From a virus (Duplodnaviria; Caudoviricetes), in the IMG/VR virus record IMGVR_UViG_3300007778_000013, positions 1 through 39,878 of that record: DNA of 39,878 bases; one strand, given 5' to 3'. Under the pieces are notes generated by a model that was not told the origin of the DNA, did not search any database, and was given only the letters and a program-made list of their open reading frames with translations. Below, in pieces: positions 18,761 to 26,309 of the stretch. The first letter of the stretch is position 1, and each line of letters opens with the position of its first letter. Both the position numbers and the translations under genes were made by a program.

Positions 18761-21700
18761 TGGGTGATCCGTTAACGATATTTCAGGTTGTGACCTTTAT
18801 AGCTTCTGTTGTATATCAACGGAATCAGGCAAAGAAGCTTAAGGAGCAACAAGCAAGAGCTGCAGAGGCAGCCAAAGATTCCGCAGCTACTCGAAATGTA
18901 AGAATTTCAGGAAGTAATTTACCTATCCCTCTTTTATACGGTGAGACACGGGTAGACTCAACAAATGTATATACTAGTGTAAGTAACAGCTTTGATAGTC
19001 CTAGCCCAAATAGCACCGAGGTTATATTAGGTACTCTTTCGGGTTTTACAGGATCTAAAAACGAACTGTTAGTACTTCAGTCAGTGCTTAGCGCAGGTAG
19101 CATAACAGACGTTGTCCACATGGAGCTTGATAGCTACAGTTATGCTGATAGTAAGTTTATAGACTGGGTAAAGAGTTATATAAGCCTATCTGGCGGTGTT
19201 AAAAACAATTCATCAAATTTAAACAGAGAGTCTACTGCAACTTTCGATGAATTAGCTTATGCAACAGAATTTTTCAGAATGAATCGAGATGAGCCTCAAT
19301 TTTCAGGCAAGCCGAGCACAAGCTACCTGTTAAGAGGCCGAAAGATAAGAACATTCTCAGGAAGTACATACCTTACAACAAAGTCATACAGCTTTAATGC
19401 AATTGAAGTTTTGCTAGACTATCTTTTAGACACCGATTACGGAGCAGAGCTTACATTAAATGACATCGATATAGAATCTTTTGCAAACGCAAGAGCTATT
19501 GCTGCACAAGTAGTTAAGGCAAATGCAACTACAGATGGTTTCTTAGGACTCAACAGAGACTTACTTAGACATGAATTCCATGGTGCAATATATCCAGATG
19601 TTTCTCACTTAGATAATATTGCAAGTATATTAGACACAATCCCTGGAGCTATATTTATAAGGACTACGGAAGGTAAGTTAAAGATTTCTATACCAGATCC
19701 TGGCCTTGTAACTCCAAAAGATGAATCTACACTGTCTGTTGGAGAAATAACAGATGAATACCTCATCTCAGATGTCAAGTTTTCTCAACAAGATACAAAT
19801 GAGCGTTTTAACTCTGTAAAAGTAAACTACCCTAATGTTTCTAAAGACTTTGCATCAGACTCTTTTGAATATGAAAACGGCTCTTACTTGTCGCAAGATT
19901 ATGGCTTAAAGCTATCTTCTGATCTTACAATAAACGGTATTAACAATATATTCCAAGCAGAAGCTTATGCAAGGGCATCTGTAAACGAGTCTAGACTTCC
20001 AGTATACTCATTTACAATGTCTCACGAATTACTTAGCTTTGAGCCTGGAGATATTGTAAGACTTAACAGTGAAAGAAATGACATAGATGCCTATATTAGA
20101 ATAGTATCTATGAATATGAAAGATGATTTTAGTATAGAGGTTGAGGCTGTATACTACGATTCTAGTGTATTTTTCTGGAATTCAACTGCAGTTGACTCTG
20201 TAACGAATTATCCTACATTTGACTTTGAACTACTAGCTCCTTCTGGTCTTAATGCAAATGTATTGCCAAATCCGGATGGGGTATTTAATAGTATCAAATT
20301 AACTTGGTCTGTTGTAGATGACTTTAGAGTGCATGATTATGTAATTGAAGCAGGTGTCCTTATAGGTGCATCTACTGTATATAGTGTTGTAGGTACTGTA
20401 CTTGACAGCATGTCAGATAACGGCACATTGTCATTTATCTATAGTCCTACCTATCTTGCTGGCTATACTTTTCGTGTTCGTGCTAGAACTCGATTAGGGC
20501 AATTGACACCTTGGTCAGGAGCTACTCAAGAGACTTTTGTTACAGCATCCATGCTGCTTGCTTCGCTTTATGTTGACATAAGTAATCAAAATATTCTAAT
20601 AAATCGAAATTTGGAAACAGGTGCTACCCTGCCAATAACACCTACAGAGACATTTTCTGTTAGAATTGGAGCAGATACCGCTGAATATCTTGCAGAAGTA
20701 AACCCTACTGTCATACCCGCATATAACTGGCGAATTACAAGTAGTATTAGTGGGAATTTAGCCAACTCTCAAGGTAGTTATGATATAACAGTTACAGATA
20801 ATGTAGCTACACTTAATATTACTTTAGATCAAGAGTCTACTGAACTATTTGAACAAACCAGTCTAGCTGTCAATTTTCAAATAAACCCAACAAGTGAAGA
20901 ACTTGCGACAAATGATTCTAAGATAATAAATCTTGTTAGAAACTTTTATCTAATAGAGACATCTGAAGGTGTTCCTGGATCATCTAGCTTCACTTGTGTC
21001 ATATATTTGATCTCAAACACAGTTCCTAATACACCTGTAGGCGGTAGTTATGATTTTTCTACAAGAGTTATTACACCTCCAACTGGCTGGCTGGCAAGTT
21101 TTCCTAACAATACCGATCCTACTAAAATCGTGTATCGTTCAGAAGCTATTGCATTTGTTGATAAGTTCAAAACGGTAGATAGTACTTTAACTTGGACAAA
21201 TCCTGTTCAAATGGTTAAGAGTGGTATTGATGCAGTCCCGCCTATTCTGACTCGCTTAGACTCAGATTATAGAGCCTTTAGAATAGATCTAAATAATAAT
21301 GCAGATATTGCTGCAATCACCTTTACAGATGTTTCTCTGAATGTCCCTGGGGGATCTACTCCTGTATGGTCGTCTACTGGTTGTACTTTAACAACCGAAG
21401 GTCTGATTCGTAAAGTATACTACAATGACATGACCTCAACTACAGCGTCTGTAACACTTAGTTATGATGGAGTTACCGACACCATAACAATAGTTAAATT
21501 AAGGGACGGAGACACGACAATAAATGCCATCTTGAGTAACGAAGTGCAAGCTGTCCCTGCATCAGCTGACGGAACTGTTCTCTCTTATACAGGCGCAAAT
21601 ACTGCAATTTATGTCTTTGAAGGCTCTCAAGATGCTACTAGTGAATACAGTTTTGTAAAGGTTGACGGCTCAGGTGTAACTTCAACACTCACAGCAAACT

Positions 21701-22248
21701 CTTTATCACTGACAGCATTGACTAATGCAGTTCCTGGCGGTATTGTAACAATTACAGGCACTAGAGCTAACTATCCTGATATTGTTAAAGTATTTACGGT
21801 AGTCAAAAGTCTTCAAGGTGTTGATGGTGAGAAAGGCGATACGGGTGATCCAGGGTCTCAAGGTGCTAGGGGTGCTGGCTGGTGGAGAATGTCAAACTCT
21901 GAAAGTCAAGCAACACTAAATTCTTATTCTTCATCTAGTATTACTACGTTGTTTAAAAATAATATACTAGCTGCTGGGCCAGTAACTAATGATATATTTA
22001 TTATATCAGGTGCAGGCACAGCTGTAAAAGCTTGGATTTATAGTGGATCTTCTTGGTCTGTTCAAGCAGAATTTATTGATGGCAATTTGCTAGTAAGCGG
22101 AACAGTCACAGCATCCTATTTAAATGCAGATAGTTTGTCTGTAACAGGCGTAAGCAACTTAGGTGTAATAACAGCAGGTCTTCTAAAATCAAGTGATAGT
22201 AAATTTGTAATAGATTTAAATCAGAAATACATATCAATAAGCACATAA
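18760..22248 (+). CDS. Tail tip/central fibre protein (gpJ-like)
   Basis: PIPLLYGETRV, LLDYLLDTDYGA, FEPGDIVRL, FN3-like segment (APSGL...LTWS...YTFRVRART), short Gly-X-Y run, FIDGNLLVSGTVTA. Confidence 0.85.
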   Translation: MGDPLTIFQVVTFIASVVYQRNQAKKLKEQQARAAEAAKDSAATRNVRISGSNLPIPLLYGETRVDSTNVYTSVSNSFDSPSPNSTEVILGTLSGFTGSKNELLVLQSVLSAGSITDVVHMELDSYSYADSKFIDWVKSYISLSGGVKNNSSNLNRESTATFDELAYATEFFRMNRDEPQFSGKPSTSYLLRGRKIRTFSGSTYLTTKSYSFNAIEVLLDYLLDTDYGAELTLNDIDIESFANARAIAAQVVKANATTDGFLGLNRDLLRHEFHGAIYPDVSHLDNIASILDTIPGAIFIRTTEGKLKISIPDPGLVTPKDESTLSVGEITDEYLISDVKFSQQDTNERFNSVKVNYPNVSKDFASDSFEYENGSYLSQDYGLKLSSDLTINGINNIFQAEAYARASVNESRLPVYSFTMSHELLSFEPGDIVRLNSERNDIDAYIRIVSMNMKDDFSIEVEAVYYDSSVFFWNSTAVDSVTNYPTFDFELLAPSGLNANVLPNPDGVFNSIKLTWSVVDDFRVHDYVIEAGVLIGASTVYSVVGTVLDSMSDNGTLSFIYSPTYLAGYTFRVRARTRLGQLTPWSGATQETFVTASMLLASLYVDISNQNILINRNLETGATLPITPTETFSVRIGADTAEYLAEVNPTVIPAYNWRITSSISGNLANSQGSYDITVTDNVATLNITLDQESTELFEQTSLAVNFQINPTSEELATNDSKIINLVRNFYLIETSEGVPGSSSFTCVIYLISNTVPNTPVGGSYDFSTRVITPPTGWLASFPNNTDPTKIVYRSEAIAFVDKFKTVDSTLTWTNPVQMVKSGIDAVPPILTRLDSDYRAFRIDLNNNADIAAITFTDVSLNVPGGSTPVWSSTGCTLTTEGLIRKVYYNDMTSTTASVTLSYDGVTDTITIVKLRDGDTTINAILSNEVQAVPASADGTVLSYTGANTAIYVFEGSQDATSEYSFVKVDGSGVTSTLTANSLSLTALTNAVPGGIVTITGTRANYPDIVKVFTVVKSLQGVDGEKGDTGDPGSQGARGAGWWRMSNSESQATLNSYSSSSITTLFKNNILAAGPVTNDIFIISGAGTAVKAWIYSGSSWSVQAEFIDGNLLVSGTVTASYLNADSLSVTGVSNLGVITAGLLKSSDSKFVIDLNQKYISIST

Positions 22249-22257
22249 GGTGATATT

Positions 22258-22839
22258 ATGCGAGTAAAAGTATCGATTGATAAAAGACTTTCTCTTCAAA
22301 TAGAAAAGTTGAATCACAATAGGCGGTACAACGCCGCTTTAGTAGAAGATCCTCAAAATGGAGCTCTGCTTTTGCCTCCTCAAGCTAAACGTCCTAAACT
22401 AGAAAAGTTTGCAATTGTGCTAGATGAAGGACAATTATTTTGGGATATTGATGATGCTTATTTGGAAAATCCAGGCTTATTTGATCGTCCTTTTATCCAT
22501 GGCTTGTTTGATTGTTATACTTTTCTTCAAGACTATTATCGTCAGATTTATAACACAGAGCTTCCTACAAAAGCCTATGAGGATCAGTGGTGGCTGGATG
22601 GAAAGGACTATTACAAGGATAGCATTGAAGAGGCAGGTTTTGAAAGAGTCCAAGCCCCTTTACAAGCTGGAGATGTAATTGCCATGAAGATTAATTCTCA
22701 AGTAATCAATCATACCGCTGTATATGTTGGAGATGGAAAGATTGCACATCACATGTCACCTGAAATAAGCTGTGAAGAAGTTTTTAGACCTGCATATCTT
22801 CGTTGGGCTGTAGGGTATTTTAGACACAAGGATATTTAA
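22258..22839 (+). CDS. NlpC/P60 tail-associated peptidase (gpK-like)
   Basis: RPFIHGLFDCYTFLQDYY (catalytic Cys) and NHTAVYVGDGKIAHH (His). Confidence 0.85.
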   Translation: MRVKVSIDKRLSLQIEKLNHNRRYNAALVEDPQNGALLLPPQAKRPKLEKFAIVLDEGQLFWDIDDAYLENPGLFDRPFIHGLFDCYTFLQDYYRQIYNTELPTKAYEDQWWLDGKDYYKDSIEEAGFERVQAPLQAGDVIAMKINSQVINHTAVYVGDGKIAHHMSPEISCEEVFRPAYLRWAVGYFRHKDI

Positions 22840-22841
22840 CA

Positions 22842-23645
22842 ATGGCTCGATTTGTTGCAGGAGACTTCAACGGAAAGAGACAGATGTTTGTTCAGAATTC
22901 GACAGATAATGACAAACTCTCAGACCCTATTGGGAATATTTCTGACTTTAAATTTCATTCAGATTTTGATAATTTTGTCAGTATCGGTAACATCTCAGGT
23001 AATGTTACCTTTCCAAAAGGCAATAGAGTTTCTTATACTGTAAGTTCTAAAAAATCAAGCACAGTTCTCTATATCCCTACAGTGCAAACCGATACTCAAT
23101 TTATTGGCTTAAATTTTAATACATATCCATCTGATTTTTGTGTAATAACGAGAGGCGATGGAGGAAATATTGCAGCATCTTTCCCTATACAGCGTGTAGG
23201 TAATTCTTTTAGATTGATAGATATCTATCCTTCTACGAGTGAATTGATAATAACAAGTCGATGTTTCTTATATGAAGACGATTTGCCAGCAATAACTTAC
23301 AATCTTTCTTTTACAGCTTTTCGTCTGTTTAGTGCTATAACTGCTACAGATCCTGGAAAGTTGCTAAGAGTAGAGCCAGGAAGAGTTACTTTTGCAGAGG
23401 GTCGTTTTGACTCAAATAGACGCATAATGTTTAAGGCAACTAGCGGTGGTGCGCTGTTTACTGATGACAGACTGTTAAAAACAGGATTGTATAGTTACGT
23501 TTATCGATGGATAGACGCGCCTTCTTCAGATGACCGTCCTAGATATTTAGCGGCTAGCTGGAAAGATGGATTAGGGAATTCTGAAAAAATAGGAACAATA
23601 ACTGATGTTATTACCCCTACTATTTATAGAGCCGGGGAGAGATAA
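22842..23645 (+). CDS. Putative tail/receptor-binding accessory protein
   Basis: FHSDFD and GRFDSNRR motifs; end of tail module. Confidence 0.55.
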   Translation: MARFVAGDFNGKRQMFVQNSTDNDKLSDPIGNISDFKFHSDFDNFVSIGNISGNVTFPKGNRVSYTVSSKKSSTVLYIPTVQTDTQFIGLNFNTYPSDFCVITRGDGGNIAASFPIQRVGNSFRLIDIYPSTSELIITSRCFLYEDDLPAITYNLSFTAFRLFSAITATDPGKLLRVEPGRVTFAEGRFDSNRRIMFKATSGGALFTDDRLLKTGLYSYVYRWIDAPSSDDRPRYLAASWKDGLGNSEKIGTITDVITPTIYRAGER

Positions 23646-24310
23646 TGGCTAACACAACGCTATCTCCAACCGACATATCGATAAGAGATGCCAATGGCAA
23701 TATAAAGTTTGACCTTAATAAACAATATCCTGTACCTATCTATAAAAAATCACACTCTGCCTCGGGATATGTGCAAACATACCTGTATTTAAATACTCTT
23801 GGATATTACGCCTACGGTACTGTAGGAACTATTGACTACGATTACACGATTAAATTGGGAACCTTTGGCACTAACTACAGTGTTAGACCCGACTTTGTAA
23901 CAGCAACAATATCGATTACAGATGCTAGTGGAACTCGAAGAGGTACAATGACAGGAAGTTATATAGTTGCACCTGTTATACTTCCAAACATTGTGCCTTA
24001 TAATGATTATGTATTCGACTCAGGCGATGTTAGAGCGTATCTATCCATAATATATCATATGGATCTTTACATAGACTCTAATAATGATATTATTCTTAGG
24101 CGTAGAGTTGTGAAAGGTGACACGATTGTTACTGAAAGAAAGACAGGAAATCCTGGCTGGAACAGTTATAAAGAGATTATTTATAGTCCTACCTACACGG
24201 CTCAGACACAGTACTTTAATCAATTTATCTCAGATGACGGACTCTTTTCAAAATATCGCTATAACTTTAATTATACGCTTGACATAGTTGCCGGTAAATT
24301 TACAGGATAA
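23645..24310 (+). CDS. Putative tail/receptor-binding accessory protein
   Basis: ISIRDANGNIKFD N-terminus typical of fibre-associated proteins; TAATG coupling. Confidence 0.55.
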   Translation: MANTTLSPTDISIRDANGNIKFDLNKQYPVPIYKKSHSASGYVQTYLYLNTLGYYAYGTVGTIDYDYTIKLGTFGTNYSVRPDFVTATISITDASGTRRGTMTGSYIVAPVILPNIVPYNDYVFDSGDVRAYLSIIYHMDLYIDSNNDIILRRRVVKGDTIVTERKTGNPGWNSYKEIIYSPTYTAQTQYFNQFISDDGLFSKYRYNFNYTLDIVAGKFTG

Positions 24311-24314
24311 TTAA

Positions 24315-24524
24315 ATGGAAATAAACAGCATATCTTATTCTTCTGAATCCAACAATTCAGTAATTGAAGTTTCAACTTCAGAAATTATCACAGACGATAT
24401 TGTAAAGTCTGGTCCAACTTACAAAGTAAGCTTGACTGGAAACTACGATTTTGCAACACCATCTCTCTATGATGATGTGATTGCTAAGCTTCAAGCTGCT
24501 GGAATCAATTTGATGCCATTCTAG
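24315..24524 (+). CDS. Hypothetical protein, last gene of tail operon
   Basis: 69 aa, AGGA RBS, followed by terminator. Confidence 0.6.
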   Translation: MEINSISYSSESNNSVIEVSTSEIITDDIVKSGPTYKVSLTGNYDFATPSLYDDVIAKLQAAGINLMPF

Positions 24525-24539
24525 GCCTGTTTCAAAAAC

Positions 24540-24566
24540 GCCCCGACTTCGGTTGGGGCTTTATTT
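24540..24566 (+). terminator. Rho-independent terminator ending the structural operon
   Basis: GCCCCGAC-TTCG-GTTGGGGC-TTTATTT. Confidence 0.88.
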
Positions 24567-24656
24567 CGCCCAGAGTGGTCACCTCTGCAATTTTTCGGAT
24601 GTATTCAACCGAAGGTACAGCCCAACCCAAAAATCCCAGAGATTTGTTCTCCGTGG

Positions 24657-24685
24657 AACTGCGGAAAAAGCGGTATCTTATATGA
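24657..24685 (+). promoter_or_regulatory. Candidate phage RNAP promoter, class I (AACTGCGGAAAAAGCGGTATCTTATATGA), copy 1
   Basis: Identical 29-mer at 25403-25431; about 30 nt before an RBS-linked start. Confidence 0.7.
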
Positions 24686-24716
24686 AAGACAAAACAATAC
24701 CATTAGGGGGTGACTT

Positions 24717-24893
24717 ATGTACGAAGTTCTCGTATACGATGATGTTGATTTACCGTGTGGCTCTAAGTTCTTTAATGAACTACATGAGGCTCAGGCTTTT
24801 GTGGAAGCTCTTCAATTCGGAGATGTCTTTGACAGACCTGAGATGATTGTGGTTTACGAGGGTAGCTTAGAGCTATACACTTGGGAGTCCTAA
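24717..24893 (+). CDS. Small acidic early protein (58 aa, MYEVLVYDDV...YTWES)
   Basis: Not in ORF track; AGGGGGTG RBS; stop lies within a hairpin. Confidence 0.7.
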   Translation: MYEVLVYDDVDLPCGSKFFNELHEAQAFVEALQFGDVFDRPEMIVVYEGSLELYTWES

Positions 24894-24905
24894 TAGGACT
24901 CCTTT
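24884..24905 (+). terminator. Stem-loop/weak terminator
   Basis: GGAGTCCT-AAT-AGGACTCC-TTT. Confidence 0.55.
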
Positions 24906-24931
24906 AAAATTAAGTCTCGGGGGAGATGGCT

Positions 24932-25081
24932 ATGAACAAGCAAGACCGTAAACTTATCGCTAAGCTGAATAAACCTGTTTTATCTAAAGAAGATAAAGCT
25001 AAATTAATAATCGAGGAAACTGTAACAGTAATAGTCGTAGTAGTTACCGTATTCGGTATCATTATGACATTTCTGTTCTAA
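24932..25081 (+). CDS. Small membrane protein (49 aa, C-terminal TM helix)
   Basis: GGGGGAG RBS; MNKQDRK...VTVIVVVVTVFGIIMTFLF. Confidence 0.65.
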   Translation: MNKQDRKLIAKLNKPVLSKEDKAKLIIEETVTVIVVVVTVFGIIMTFLF

Positions 25082-25093
25082 AGGAGACATATT

Positions 25094-25399
25094 ATGAAAG
25101 TAAATATTGAAAAATCGACTATTAAAGGATTGAAAGCTGAAATAAAAGAGATAGAAGAAGCTATAACTTTTAGGAGAAACGCTATGATGACCATATTTGA
25201 AACCGCTGTACACTTTCAGGCACCAGTGCGAAACAAACGCTTATACTGGACAGTAACATTAACCAAAAAAGATAACCCTATGGAAGTCCTTGATCAGATC
25301 GAAGATGTGGATGTAGATCTATATGTTCGTGCTCGTCATATGAAGCAGCAAGGTAAGAGATCAGATGCTATTTGGGATTTTATCACAAAAGAATCATAA
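25094..25399 (+). CDS. Hypothetical early protein
   Basis: 101 aa, AAGGAG RBS. Confidence 0.75.
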   Translation: MKVNIEKSTIKGLKAEIKEIEEAITFRRNAMMTIFETAVHFQAPVRNKRLYWTVTLTKKDNPMEVLDQIEDVDVDLYVRARHMKQQGKRSDAIWDFITKES

Positions 25400-25402
25400 G
25401 AA

Positions 25403-25431
25403 AACTGCGGAAAAAGCGGTATCTTATATGA
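25403..25431 (+). promoter_or_regulatory. Candidate phage RNAP promoter, class I, copy 2
   Basis: Exact repeat of 24657-24685; intergenic, 24 nt before ATG 25456. Confidence 0.7.
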
Positions 25432-25455
25432 TAAGCAAACATGAGGAGAAATATT

Positions 25456-25617
25456 ATGCTTAGTAACATTGTTGTTTGGTTGTTCATTTTGTCTGGTATT
25501 GCTTACTTTATTTCAGGGTCTATACTACGCGTATACGCCGTGAAAAAGAGTTTTGACGAGCAGAAAGAAATAGCAGTAAAAGCTGCTATGACTGCTGCTA
25601 AAGCAACAAAGCACTGA
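25456..25617 (+). CDS. Small membrane protein (53 aa, N-terminal TM helix)
   Basis: GAGGAG RBS; MLSNIVVWLFILSGIAYFISGSILRVYAV... Confidence 0.7.
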   Translation: MLSNIVVWLFILSGIAYFISGSILRVYAVKKSFDEQKEIAVKAAMTAAKATKH

Positions 25618-25620
25618 GGA

Positions 25621-25646
25621 GGAGGGGCTACGGCCCCTTTTATTTT
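25621..25646 (+). terminator. Rho-independent terminator
   Basis: AGGGGC-TACG-GCCCCT plus T-rich tail. Confidence 0.75.
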
Positions 25647-25751
25647 ATGGGAACTCTATTTACAATTTGGCTATTTTATTTAATATTTGTTATGTCAAAA
25701 GATAAAAGATTCGTCATTAAAAATGGCAAAAAGAAAGGCAAGAGGAACTAA
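25647..25751 (+). CDS. Possible small membrane peptide (34 aa)
   Basis: MGTLFTIWLFYLIFVM plus basic tail; fills the gap exactly but has no well-spaced RBS. Confidence 0.35.
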   Translation: MGTLFTIWLFYLIFVMSKDKRFVIKNGKKKGKRN

Positions 25752-25753
25752 TC

Positions 25754-26053
25754 ATGTCAGCATTAAATGATTCAGAAAAGGCAAAACTTGAAACTGTATT
25801 AAAAGCTATTGAAGAGGAGGCAAGAAAACCTGCACCAACGTTGTTTGAAAGATTAACAGATGCAATTGCAAGAGGCATATTAATGTCCGGCATAGCAGCT
25901 CTTGTTATCATTCTAATGTCTAAGCCTATATTTGGCAATGTAATCTTGACAGCACAATCGGTATCAGCGATTGTGGCAATCGGCATAGGTTTCGCAATTC
26001 TAAACTTTGTATTAGAATCTGTGTTTGCTAGAAAAAGTAAGAAAAATAATTAA
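25754..26053 (+). CDS. Membrane protein with two TM helices
   Basis: GAGGA RBS; two hydrophobic stretches and a basic C-terminus. Confidence 0.7.
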   Translation: MSALNDSEKAKLETVLKAIEEEARKPAPTLFERLTDAIARGILMSGIAALVIILMSKPIFGNVILTAQSVSAIVAIGIGFAILNFVLESVFARKSKKNN

Positions 26054-26059
26054 AATGAC

Positions 26060-26084
26060 AGCCTCCCTTCGGGGAGGCTTTTTT
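26060..26084 (+). terminator. Rho-independent terminator
   Basis: AGCCTCCC-TTCG-GGGAGGCT plus T run. Confidence 0.88.
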
Positions 26085-26175
26085 AATTCATTATTTTTTT
26101 TTCAAATTCTAACAATCTTGGCTCTTAACATTAACGCCTATTACTAGCAGGAGACAGCGAAATGAACACTAGTTA

Positions 26176-26304
26176 ATGAAGAAATACAAGACTCTAAAAA
26201 GCTTTACAGAAGTTTTTATAGGAGCACTTGTTGTAATGTTGGCAATTCGATATGGGCTTGTTATAATACTACTCTATATCGGTTATAGATCAATAACAAG
26301 GTAA
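26176..26304 (+). CDS. Small membrane protein (42 aa)
   Basis: MKKYKTLKSFTEVFIGALVVMLAIRYGLVIILLYIGYRSITR; coupled by TAATG to mini-ORF 26162-26176. Confidence 0.5.
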   Translation: MKKYKTLKSFTEVFIGALVVMLAIRYGLVIILLYIGYRSITR

Positions 26305-26309
26305 CGCTC

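Noticed and set aside
21817-21879. Collagen-like Gly-X-Y run in the tail tip protein
   Set aside because: Short and common in phage fibres; not notable.
24659-24673. N4-type DNA hairpin promoter within the 29-mer
   Set aside because: CTGC/GCGG gives only 4 bp with a G-T pair and does not pair on the template strand; too weak to claim.
24553-24846. 97-aa ORF spanning the terminator and 29-mer
   Set aside because: Starts inside the terminator with no RBS; the overlapping 24717-24893 ORF has a good RBS.
24657-25431. 29-bp repeats as a CRISPR array or att sites
   Set aside because: Only two copies, 717 bp apart with genes between them; no cas or integrase in the window.
26118-26146. Sigma70 promoter (TTGGCT...TATTAC) before the RNAP-2 unit
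   Set aside because: Poor spacing and weak match in AT-rich DNA; not supportable.
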